From the IMG/VR virus record IMGVR_UViG_3300042691_036566, positions 62,001 through 126,000 of that record: a DNA stretch of 64,000 nucleotides; one strand, 5' to 3'. Source of the stretch: an uncultured virus (IMG/VR IMGVR_UViG_3300042691_036566) (Duplodnaviria; Heunggongvirae; Uroviricota; Caudoviricetes). The notes under the pieces are model-generated. The model was not told the DNA's origin, did not search any database, and was given only the letters and a program-made list of their open reading frames with translations. The position numbers were made by a program, and so were the translations under genes. Every line of letters starts with the position of its first letter. Position 1 is the first letter of the stretch. Below, one piece after another: positions 1 to 6,891 of this stretch.

Positions 1-1
1 T

Positions 2-85
2 CCAAAGCATATCTTTAGTGATTGGGAATTAACAGATGAAGAACAAGGATCTGGTGAAACAGATAAAGTTCGGAAAGATATATAA
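2..85 (+). CDS. 5'-truncated member of the short paralog array
   Basis: Frame 2 reads PKHIFSDWELTDEEQ...*, matching the aromatic-x-L-x-E C-terminus of the downstream paralogs. Confidence 0.5.
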   Translation, partial: PKHIFSDWELTDEEQGSGETDKVRKDI

Positions 86-251
86 AAATAGAAGATGGCA
101 AGGTGATGATTATGTCGTTCCAACTGAATACATGAGAGACTCTCATATGATTCATGTTGTCCGCTTAGACGATCCCAAGCATGATGGTTATATAACAGTA
201 AAAGGTTTTATAGACGGATACGGGTTGGTGGAAAATGTTAATACCGGGTAG
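36..251 (+). CDS. short SH3/DUF1653-like array protein
   Basis: N-term IKFGKIYK, YVVPT, C-term YGLVE shared with neighbours. Confidence 0.7.
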   Translation: MKNKDLVKQIKFGKIYKNRRWQGDDYVVPTEYMRDSHMIHVVRLDDPKHDGYITVKGFIDGYGLVENVNTG

Positions 252-456
252 AATCTATCGAGCAAGCAATTGTGAATATGTACTAGTTGATGAGGTAATA
301 GAGGATAGAAATGCTGCTGGTGGATATTATGTAGCATTTACAGTTGTTGGCGGAAAACCAGTTGAAGGAATAAATGGTAGAATGTTTGAACCATCACACG
401 GATCAGATATAGATTATATAGGTCATTGGAAGTTAGTAACTAAATGGGTAAAATAA
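235..456 (+). CDS. short SH3/DUF1653-like array protein
   Basis: LIPGRIYR...YVLV...HWKLV. Confidence 0.7.
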   Translation: MLIPGRIYRASNCEYVLVDEVIEDRNAAGGYYVAFTVVGGKPVEGINGRMFEPSHGSDIDYIGHWKLVTKWVK

Positions 457-926
457 TGGAAAACAAAACAACAAAATTTTGTAATGGATGCAAACAAGAA
501 AAAGATCTTTCAGAGTTCACAGATAGAAAATATAAAAAAAGTGGAAACGTAGGGAAATACTTTGTTTGTAAATCATGTAAGCAGATAAATAACCGCAAGT
601 GGGCCTTGTCAACAAAAGGTGGTTGGGTATCTACAATGCTAACAAAAGCAAAGACAAGATCAAAAGAGAAAAATATTGAATTCAATATCACAAAAGAAGA
701 TATAAACATTCCAGAGTATTGCCCTGTATTAGGAATCAAGATCGAAAAGAACCCAGATGCAATAACAAAAAACTCACCCAATCTTCCAACCTTGGATCGC
801 GTAGACAATAACAAAGGATACATTAAAGGAAATATTAAAGTTATAAGCTATAGGGCAAATGCATTAAAGAACAATGCAACCCTAGAGGAATTGGAGATGG
901 TCATAAATTATATGAGAGAGACATGA
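444..926 (+). CDS. phage HNH-type (homing) endonuclease with Zn-binding N-terminus
   Basis: CxxC...CxxC; AKTRSKEKNIEFNIT..IPEYCPVLG..PTLDRVDNNKGYIKGNIKVISYRAN; start possibly ATG 456. Confidence 0.8.
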   Translation: MGKIMENKTTKFCNGCKQEKDLSEFTDRKYKKSGNVGKYFVCKSCKQINNRKWALSTKGGWVSTMLTKAKTRSKEKNIEFNITKEDINIPEYCPVLGIKIEKNPDAITKNSPNLPTLDRVDNNKGYIKGNIKVISYRANALKNNATLEELEMVINYMRET

Positions 927-1024
927 AAATAAAACTAGGAAAGATTTATAAGATAAGGGCAACAGAATCATGGATCTCTATGGAAGTATGGCATAAGGCA
1001 AAAGCTAAATGGGAAATAAAATAG
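923..1024 (+). pseudogene. 33-aa truncated array paralog (not in ORF track)
   Basis: MKIKLGKIYKIRATESWISMEVWHKAKAKWEIK*, ATGA overlap with HNH stop. Confidence 0.5.
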
Positions 1025-1353
1025 AGATAGGAAAACTTTATATAAACATCCTTGATCAAAAAAGACCTCCAGACATATATTGTGTAACGGGGTTTAGACA
1101 AGAAGAACAAGGAAAGTTTGTAGAGTTTGTATGGATGAACAATAGAGCAGATGCAGAACAGAAACACGGTGATCCAAAATATGTGGAGGAAACTGCAATT
1201 GAATTGGGAGAGTGGATAAAATTAATTGAGGAAGAACTAGATGGACAAGAAAGAAAAAATCAAGATAGGCAGGATATACAAAAGAAACCCCAATCAACAA
1301 AGTATATATCCAGAATATGTCCTGATAACAGGCGACTACTCAGTAGGCGATAG
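1009..1353 (+). CDS. array paralog (long 3' overlap with next gene)
   Basis: KIEIGKLY...YCVT...WIKLIEEE. Confidence 0.65.
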   Translation: MGNKIEIGKLYINILDQKRPPDIYCVTGFRQEEQGKFVEFVWMNNRADAEQKHGDPKYVEETAIELGEWIKLIEEELDGQERKNQDRQDIQKKPQSTKYISRICPDNRRLLSRR

Positions 1354-1468
1354 AATGGGTAACAAAAGATATTCATATCACAGGATAGACAAGGACAAGG
1401 AATCAATTGCATATATATCCCATGTGGATCTGTATTTCCATTACCAGTTGGTTGAGGATGATGTTTAA
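1241..1468 (+). CDS. array paralog
   Basis: KIKIGRIYKR..YPEYVLIT..HYQLVED. Confidence 0.75.
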   Translation: MDKKEKIKIGRIYKRNPNQQSIYPEYVLITGDYSVGDRMGNKRYSYHRIDKDKESIAYISHVDLYFHYQLVEDDV

Positions 1469-1672
1469 ATGCTGGAGACAACAGTGGTAAAACTTGGTAG
1501 GATATACAAGAGCTTAAAAACAAATGAGTACATCGTCCCAACCGAGTTTATCAACATAATAGAGGCGCAGTTTGTTAAGTATAATGTGATTGAAACTGGT
1601 AACTATGCAATAATGAAGCTAGGCGAGTTTATAACAAGATGGAGACTCATGGAGGATAGTTTTTGGGAATGA
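1469..1672 (+). CDS. array paralog
   Basis: VKLGRIYK..EYIVPTE..RWRLMED. Confidence 0.75.
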   Translation: MLETTVVKLGRIYKSLKTNEYIVPTEFINIIEAQFVKYNVIETGNYAIMKLGEFITRWRLMEDSFWE

Positions 1673-1914
1673 CAAAAGAAAAAGTATATCTAGGGAAGGT
1701 ATATAAGTTAAAGTCATTAGAGAACTATTCAGCAATTGCAACATTTCCAAGATACATGATATTAACACATAAAGTATATCGACAAAAAGAATATTATATG
1801 ACAATGTATAGATACTACGATATAGGTTATGCATCTGTATCGGGGAGACCTATAAGCGAGTATGATATCACATCGTTCTATAAGGTTATAGAAGAAGGTG
1901 AGTGGCAAGAATGA
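1669..1914 (+). CDS. array paralog
   Basis: VYLGKVYK..FPRYMILT..FYKVIEE. Confidence 0.7.
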   Translation: MTKEKVYLGKVYKLKSLENYSAIATFPRYMILTHKVYRQKEYYMTMYRYYDIGYASVSGRPISEYDITSFYKVIEEGEWQE

Positions 1915-2183
1915 TTAAGCTTGGGAGGATATACAAAAGAAAACCAAGTAATAAAGCATCACCATATCCAGCTTACCTGATACCAACAGGTGTTAACCAG
2001 TTAATGACTACAGCGTTGCAAACAAGATACTATTATGTAGATGTAGAGAGGGAGAGAGATTATGGAAGTTATGAGTGTATAACGGAATCATCGCTGCAAT
2101 TGTTTTATGAGTTGGTTGAGGGGGGAATAGATAGGGGAATGGAGATAGGAGAGATACGGCATATCCTGCTGTATATAGGCTAA
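1911..2183 (+). CDS. array paralog (last)
   Basis: IKLGRIYKR..YPAYLIPT..FYELVEG. Confidence 0.7.
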   Translation: MIKLGRIYKRKPSNKASPYPAYLIPTGVNQLMTTALQTRYYYVDVERERDYGSYECITESSLQLFYELVEGGIDRGMEIGEIRHILLYIG

Positions 2184-2384
2184 TAGAAAAAAATGACATA
2201 AAAAAGGTATTTAGGTTATATATGGGCTGCTCGGATATGTCAATACAACCTGATGAATTTGCTATGTGGGAGTAGTATTCCACCAGTATAGCTCTACGCA
2301 TAGGGTGCCACTATCCTACCGATATAGTAGGGGGTATAGGATAAGGCGCAAGTGTCTACTCTATCGGTGCAGTATAAAAAGGGG

Positions 2385-2413
2385 TTGACTTCACAATCAG
2401 CCCGTGATATAAT
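2385..2413 (+). promoter_or_regulatory. sigma70-type promoter
   Basis: TTGACT-17-TATAAT with TG extension. Confidence 0.85.
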
Positions 2414-2466
2414 GCAAGATGCATTTGTGGTCCATATGGGTAACTTAACAATATAAAGGATATGCC

Positions 2467-2607
2467 GTGTATACCGTAAAGAACACTAAACCAACGCTAA
2501 CCGTAATTGTCGAAAGTGGGGAGAAAACAAAAAACAAAATCGTAAAGATCTATTATGATAACCTGGCAATTGAGATTGTAACCGATAAGCTAAATGGTGG
2601 ATATTAA
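2467..2607 (+). CDS. 46-aa hypothetical protein (not in track)
   Basis: AAGGA RBS, GTG start, MYTVKNTKPTLTVIVESG...GGY*. Confidence 0.55.
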   Translation: MYTVKNTKPTLTVIVESGEKTKNKIVKIYYDNLAIEIVTDKLNGGY

Positions 2608-2634
2608 AGGGCAGCTTTATAAGGGGATTTAAAC

Positions 2635-2823
2635 ATGGTATGCTATGTTCTGAAAACAGCAGATAAAGATAAAAGCAGACGCGAGTATGTACAAGCTATA
2701 TTAGCTTCAAATGATGAAGAAGCATGGACTATATCCCAGAATTATGTAAATCGTACAGGCAAGGAAGTTACTGTATATGTTAGTGAAATGTGCATGGGTA
2801 AACTAGTTCCAGCATATGCATGA
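2635..2823 (+). CDS. hypothetical protein
   Basis: AAGGGG RBS, 62 aa. Confidence 0.65.
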   Translation: MVCYVLKTADKDKSRREYVQAILASNDEEAWTISQNYVNRTGKEVTVYVSEMCMGKLVPAYA

Positions 2824-3023
2824 TAAACCCTGTTACCTATATAGCTAGAAACTGATTACTTAGGATATCCCAGTATCAGAGAACACGGTTGGTGAAGTCC
2901 CTTACACAGTGTTCAACAGCAAACAGATATGCTGCGGGTGAATAAGGTAAACACACGCACTGCCAGTCAAACCGATTACACAGGCGGCTGGTTCTATCCG
3001 TAGTGTTTGATTCCCTGTCCACT

Positions 3024-3066
3024 TCACACAGGGTCGCTGGTGTGGGTGGGGAATCTGTGATAAACT
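3024..3066 (+). promoter_or_regulatory. partial copy of phased promoter cassette (A)
   Basis: CACA-N4-GTCGC-TGGTGT-17-TAAACT. Confidence 0.55.
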
Positions 3067-3183
3067 ACTGAGAGTGGCGAGTGTGGGCAAAGCCAGCCGC
3101 CTATATCCTACGGATAGAGTAAACCAGCCGCCGTTTCACTCCTGGTGTCTCGAGGCTTCGCTGGTAGTGTGGGTGCCGCTTTG

Positions 3184-3257
3184 CTCTAACCATGTTGTTT
3201 CTTTGTGGGTCGATTCCACTCCTGGTCGCTTGTGGTTTTCTGTGGTTCTGGTACAAT
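3184..3257 (+). promoter_or_regulatory. phased promoter cassette (C)
   Basis: CTCTAA-N15-GTGGGT-N6-CACT-N4-GTCGC-TTGTGG-16-TACAAT, followed by leader hairpin TGAGG/CCTCA. Confidence 0.75.
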
Positions 3258-3309
3258 AGGTCTATAAGTTGATGAGGAATGAACCTCACAATAAAGAAGG
3301 AATAAAACA

Positions 3310-3489
3310 ATGACAAACAATATCAAGATCGGAATGCGAATCTCGACGCGAATCAATGGAACTGGCATTGTTGTGAGCGGTTTTGGTGATCGCTGGATTG
3401 TCAAGTTTGACAATGATACTTGGGATGGTCCTGTTTATTCATGGAATATCTGGAGTGAAGATGGTAACACTCACAGTGACAGCTTCTAA
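3310..3489 (+). CDS. 59-aa SH3/KOW-like protein (not in track)
   Basis: AAGGA RBS; MTNNIKIGMRISTRINGTGIVVSGFGDRWIVKFD...; stop TAA lies inside the next cassette's TTCTAA box. Confidence 0.75.
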   Translation: MTNNIKIGMRISTRINGTGIVVSGFGDRWIVKFDNDTWDGPVYSWNIWSEDGNTHSDSF

Positions 3490-3558
3490 AGACCGAGTTT
3501 AATAGTGGGTTGAGTACACTGTCAGTCTCTGGTGTTCTGGCACGTCTTGCGGTATAAT
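3484..3558 (+). promoter_or_regulatory. phased promoter cassette (D)
   Basis: TTCTAA-N15-GTGGGT-N6-CACT-N4-GTCTC-TGGTGT-17-TATAAT. Confidence 0.8.
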
Positions 3559-3612
3559 CGAACCTGTTCGATGGTTGGGAATGACCCCACCGGGAAACAA
3601 AAGGAAGAAAGA

Positions 3613-3804
3613 ATGACGATTCTCGAAACTTGGTACAATGATATCCTCGGTCACGCAAAGGCCAACTATGCGAATGGTTGGGATTTCTTTGTCGATTCTG
3701 TCGATATGGAACTCTTTGTTGAGGATATGCGGATTTTCTATGTCCGCGAGTATGAGGACGCTTTCAATCTCTACAATACGTGGGCAATGAACCGTCCCCG
3801 GTAG
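3613..3804 (+). CDS. hypothetical protein
   Basis: AAGGA RBS, ATG 3613, MTILETWYNDILGHAKANYANGWD... Confidence 0.75.
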   Translation: MTILETWYNDILGHAKANYANGWDFFVDSVDMELFVEDMRIFYVREYEDAFNLYNTWAMNRPR

Positions 3805-3828
3805 TGAAAGTGGGTTCACTCCCAGCTA

Positions 3829-3903
3829 CTCTAAAGAGCTGGTTTAGTAGTGGGTCGGGTTCACAGCTAGTCTCTGGACCCTCGGCGCGACCCATGATAG
3901 AAT
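3829..3903 (+). promoter_or_regulatory. phased promoter cassette (E)
   Basis: CTCTAA-N15-GTGGGT-N6-CACA-N4-GTCTC-TGGACC-17-TAGAAT. Confidence 0.8.
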
Positions 3904-3956
3904 GTGTTGGTAAGGTTGACGCGCTGCAAGTGAAGCGGTCAACACAAAAGAGAAGG

Positions 3957-4010
3957 TTCTAAAGAGAGTGTTTTTTTGTTCTTGACCGCAGCGCGGTGCT
4001 GTGGTAGAAT
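3957..4010 (+). promoter_or_regulatory. short-form promoter cassette (F)
   Basis: TTCTAA-N19-TTGACC-17-TAGAAT, TG extension, two leader hairpins. Confidence 0.85.
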
Positions 4011-4080
4011 GTGCAGGTAAGGTTGAGAGGCAATAATGCCTCCAACAATGCGGGTTTCCCGCAGAAAGTAAGGAAAGACA

Positions 4081-4467
4081 ATGGCTAAGGCTAATGGTAC
4101 GGTTTCGGCTTCTAAGATGGAGGCGATTGTTGCTTTCGTTCGGAAGTTCAACGCTAACGAGAATCGCGGTTGCCCGATGGGTGCAATCGAGTATGTTGGC
4201 GGATTCTCGAAGGCCGAGATTAAGGCCGCAAAGTCGAGCGGTAAGCTGGAATCCGGCAAGGGTTCGGAAGGTGGTTTCTTTGTTGCTGGTGCAAAGCCGG
4301 TTGCAAAGGGTCCGGTTGTGAAGGCAACCGTTAAGAATCAGATGGCTGCGTTTATGCGTATGCTGTCGGTTGGTCAGACGCTCGATGCGGATACCGTCGA
4401 GCAGGCAAAGGCGATTCTGCGTGATTACGACGCGCAGAACGCGAAGCGCCGCAAGTCGGACGACTAG
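4081..4467 (+). CDS. winged-helix-like DNA-binding protein, paralog 1
   Basis: GKLESGKGSEGGFF resembles the Rrf2-type wing (L-x-S-x-(R/K)-G-x-x-G-G-aromatic); basic; strong RBS. Confidence 0.6.
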   Translation: MAKANGTVSASKMEAIVAFVRKFNANENRGCPMGAIEYVGGFSKAEIKAAKSSGKLESGKGSEGGFFVAGAKPVAKGPVVKATVKNQMAAFMRMLSVGQTLDADTVEQAKAILRDYDAQNAKRRKSDD

Positions 4468-4471
4468 CATA

Positions 4472-4520
4472 TAACCCGGTTCCGGGGGCAAACCAGCCCC
4501 CGGCACGGCGCAACGGGTTA
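4472..4520 (+). repeat. conserved bulged hairpin motif, copy 1
   Basis: TAACCCGGTT-CCGGGGGC-AAACCA-GCCCCCGG-CACGGCGC-AACGGGTTA. Confidence 0.8.
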
Positions 4521-4536
4521 ATACTTAAAAGGAGAT

Positions 4537-4752
4537 ATGATGCAGACTTTCGGTTGTGCTACTTGTGGTGAAAAGACTTTTGCTCCATCTGCTGTGCTTT
4601 GCGAAACGCACGAGATGCAGGTGCTTGGTATTACTCGCGAGATGCTCGACGCTAATGATGGCGACGATGTTTTGCTCAATACTCGGCAGCTTTGGGATCA
4701 GTGGACAAACGAGAATCCTTGGTCAAACACTTTTAATGTGGAGCGTGGGTAA
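4537..4752 (+). CDS. small Zn-finger-like protein
   Basis: CATC...CETH; AAGGAG RBS. Confidence 0.7.
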   Translation: MMQTFGCATCGEKTFAPSAVLCETHEMQVLGITREMLDANDGDDVLLNTRQLWDQWTNENPWSNTFNVERG

Positions 4753-4964
4753 TGGACGTTTACGCGGTTTTGGATGTTGAAGCATATCAGGGCGAGCAGA
4801 CGGTTGCTCTTTTCTCGACGTATGAGAAGGCAAAGGCGTTTGTCGAGCGCAGGTATGACATGAGTGAATACAAGTACGACGGCGATTCTGCTTGGTTGTA
4901 CTTTGGACACGATACGTCCAGGATTGAGATTGCAACCGTCACGGTTGACGAAAGGGATGAATAA
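4752..4964 (+). CDS. hypothetical phage protein
   Basis: TAATG coupling; VYAV...ALFSTYEKAKAF. Confidence 0.75.
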   Translation: MDVYAVLDVEAYQGEQTVALFSTYEKAKAFVERRYDMSEYKYDGDSAWLYFGHDTSRIEIATVTVDERDE

Positions 4965-5200
4965 TGACTCGCAAGGTAACAAACACGATTCTGGAGATGA
5001 TTGAGGATGGAATCCTCGACCGTGACACGGTAATCAATGCGTGCCTCAAGTATATGTCCGAGGACGACGTTGCGGATATGGCACACGCAAACGAGTTTAT
5101 TGTCGAGGACGAGGAAACCCTCGATGATGATACCGAGGAAGAGGAAGATGATACTGATCCCAATGCGGATTGGTATGATACAAGCAACGAGTTCCTCTAA
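4964..5200 (+). CDS. acidic hypothetical protein
   Basis: TAATG coupling; ACLKYMSEDDVADMAHANE plus D/E-rich tail. Confidence 0.75.
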   Translation: MTRKVTNTILEMIEDGILDRDTVINACLKYMSEDDVADMAHANEFIVEDEETLDDDTEEEEDDTDPNADWYDTSNEFL

Positions 5201-5327
5201 CGCTAGAGCCTCGATGATAGTTAGTTCTATCAATAGAGGCGGGGGCTGGCACTCTATCCCAAGTGTTAAATGTTGGATATTCTAGGGATAGAGGTTGCCC
5301 GCCGCCGCCCATGTGTCCAGAAGTTAA

Positions 5328-5402
5328 CTCTAACGATGTTGTTTTAAAGTGGGTCAATCTCACTCTCAGTCTCTTCCGTTCTCGACCGACTTGGTGTAAT
5401 AT
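5328..5402 (+). promoter_or_regulatory. phased promoter cassette (G)
   Basis: CTCTAA-N15-GTGGGT-N6-CACT-N4-GTCTC-TTCCGT-17-TAATAT. Confidence 0.7.
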
Positions 5403-5485
5403 ACACACATCATCGACGCGCTGGTGGATGCACGAAAGGCCCCAGCCGCCGCTATCCTTGGGATAGTACTAAACTCGGATCTTTG

Positions 5486-5560
5486 CTCTAACTGTCGAGT
5501 TTAATAGTGGGTCGGTTTTACTGACAGTCGCTTCCAAGGCATGGGGTCTTGTGGTAGAAT
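5486..5560 (+). promoter_or_regulatory. phased promoter cassette (H)
   Basis: CTCTAA-N15-GTGGGT-N6-TACT-N4-GTCGC-TTCCAA-17-TAGAAT; 5551-5579 identical to 4001-4029. Confidence 0.8.
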
Positions 5561-5619
5561 GTGCAGGTAAGGTTGAGAGAGGGAATGGTCCCTCCCAACA
5601 ATAAGGAATGAGGAATCAA

Positions 5620-5991
5620 ATGACGGTTGAGACTATGACGCAGAACGAGATTGAAACTCTGGTGAATGAGATTCGTAACACGATCCAGACTATGCGTAAG
5701 GCTCGACTGCTTACGCGAAACGCGATCATGTCGCACATTGGCAAGAACAATGCCGTGCTGCGTCGTGAGGGTGAAAAGCTCAACGCTCTGGGTTTTGAGC
5801 TTGGTGATACCCGCGAGACTCGCAAGTTGCTTATCTGGAATGAGTATCTGGGTATGGAACTTGAGCGTCAGACTGGAATCCCCGCTGAAATGCGGAAGTC
5901 AGCCGCCGTTACTGCTAAGGCAAACGGTATCACTCGGATCAAGGCAAGCAACGTCAATGCAACCACCGCTTTCCTCATGGGTAAGCGGTAA
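5620..5991 (+). CDS. hypothetical protein
   Basis: GAGGA RBS before ATG 5620; codon usage like neighbours. Confidence 0.75.
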   Translation: MTVETMTQNEIETLVNEIRNTIQTMRKARLLTRNAIMSHIGKNNAVLRREGEKLNALGFELGDTRETRKLLIWNEYLGMELERQTGIPAEMRKSAAVTAKANGITRIKASNVNATTAFLMGKR

Positions 5992-6004
5992 GAAAGGAAA
6001 GAGC

Positions 6005-6106
6005 ATGGAAGATATGATTATCGTGCAAATGGTCTGCATTGGGATTGCCAGCCTCTCGCTGGGATTTGTTTTCGGACTTTCAATCAACCTCAAGATCAAG
6101 GAGTAG
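6005..6106 (+). CDS. 33-aa single-TM peptide
   Basis: AAGGA RBS; MEDMIIVQMVCIGIASLSLGFVFGLSINLKIKE. Confidence 0.65.
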   Translation: MEDMIIVQMVCIGIASLSLGFVFGLSINLKIKE

Positions 6107-6108
6107 GA

Positions 6109-6285
6109 ATGAAGGATTTCAAGCGTGGTGTCGAGGGAATGAAGAACGAGCGTTGGACCATTCACGTCAAGATTGATGGTCACACGATTGCTCGCGGAAA
6201 GCGCGGGGTTCGCAAGTGGGTCCGCGACCTCAAGCGTATGTATCACCGCGAGATGCGTCGAGTGAAGTTCGACGCTGAGACATAG
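6109..6285 (+). CDS. 58-aa basic protein (not in track)
   Basis: AAGGAG RBS; MKDFKRGVEGMKNERWTIHVKIDG... Confidence 0.7.
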   Translation: MKDFKRGVEGMKNERWTIHVKIDGHTIARGKRGVRKWVRDLKRMYHREMRRVKFDAET

Positions 6286-6289
6286 AAGG

Positions 6290-6329
6290 TTCGCTGGCGG
6301 TGAAATCCAGCCGCCCAAGGCGCAGCGAA
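6290..6329 (+). repeat. conserved bulged hairpin motif, copy 2
   Basis: TTCGCT-GGCGG-TGAAATCCAG-CCGCC-CAAGGCGC-AGCGAA. Confidence 0.8.
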
Positions 6330-6331
6330 AG

Positions 6332-6385
6332 TTCTAAGGTGAGTGTTTCTTTGTACTGGACTTCACAACCCGGTCGTGGTACACT
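6332..6385 (+). promoter_or_regulatory. short-form promoter cassette (I)
   Basis: TTCTAA-N19-TGGACT-17-TACACT; upstream part homologous to 3957-3987. Confidence 0.8.
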
Positions 6386-6471
6386 CTGTCCTGTAAGTTG
6401 GTGAGAGGGAATGGTTCCCTTGAACCTATCACTCAAAGACGGTTTGACCGTCAGAAGGAATGGGAAATAAA

Positions 6472-6837
6472 ATGGCTACCTCTATCGTTGAGTTCGTTCG
6501 TGCTTTCAATGCCAAGGAGGGTCGTGGTTGCCCTGTTGGTGCGATTGAGTACGTCGGTGGATTCTCGAAGAAGGACATTAAGACCGCTAAGGATAAGGGT
6601 CAGATTGTTTCGACTAAGGGAACCGATGGTGGTTTCTTCCCTGCTGGTGAGGTTGTTAAGACTTCTAAGGCTAAGGTGAAGGATTCTCTCAAGGCCGATA
6701 TGGTCGCTTTCATCACGGCAGTTGCTAATGGCAACGGTGATGCAAAGATGGTTGAGACTGCTCATGCTCTGGTTGCTCGGTATAACGCCGAGTGCGAGAA
6801 GAAGAAGGTTGCTGCTTCTAATCGCAAGACCAAGTAG
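6472..6837 (+). CDS. winged-helix-like DNA-binding protein, paralog 2
   Basis: RGCPVGAIEYVGGFSK..GQIVSTKGTDGGFF aligns with 4081..4467; start 6460 or 6472. Confidence 0.6.
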   Translation: MATSIVEFVRAFNAKEGRGCPVGAIEYVGGFSKKDIKTAKDKGQIVSTKGTDGGFFPAGEVVKTSKAKVKDSLKADMVAFITAVANGNGDAKMVETAHALVARYNAECEKKKVAASNRKTK

Positions 6838-6848
6838 CAAACAAACTA

Positions 6849-6891
6849 ACCCGTTCGGGCGGTTTCCAGCCGCCCGCATGGCGCAACGGGT
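6849..6891 (+). repeat. conserved bulged hairpin motif, copy 3
   Basis: ACCCGTT-CGGGCGG-TTTCCAG-CCGCCCG-CATGGCGC-AACGGGT. Confidence 0.8.

Noticed and set aside
3184..6891. Integron attC-like cassettes (CTCTAAC/TAAC near stop codons, hairpins between small genes)
   Set aside because: No consistent complementary GTTRRRY box, no integrase in the window, and the repeats contain promoters
4465..6891. Stop-codon readthrough signal (all three hairpins follow TAG)
   Set aside because: Readthrough of 4465 and 6283 hits another stop within a few to 18 codons and makes no fusion; TAG is a normal stop elsewhere
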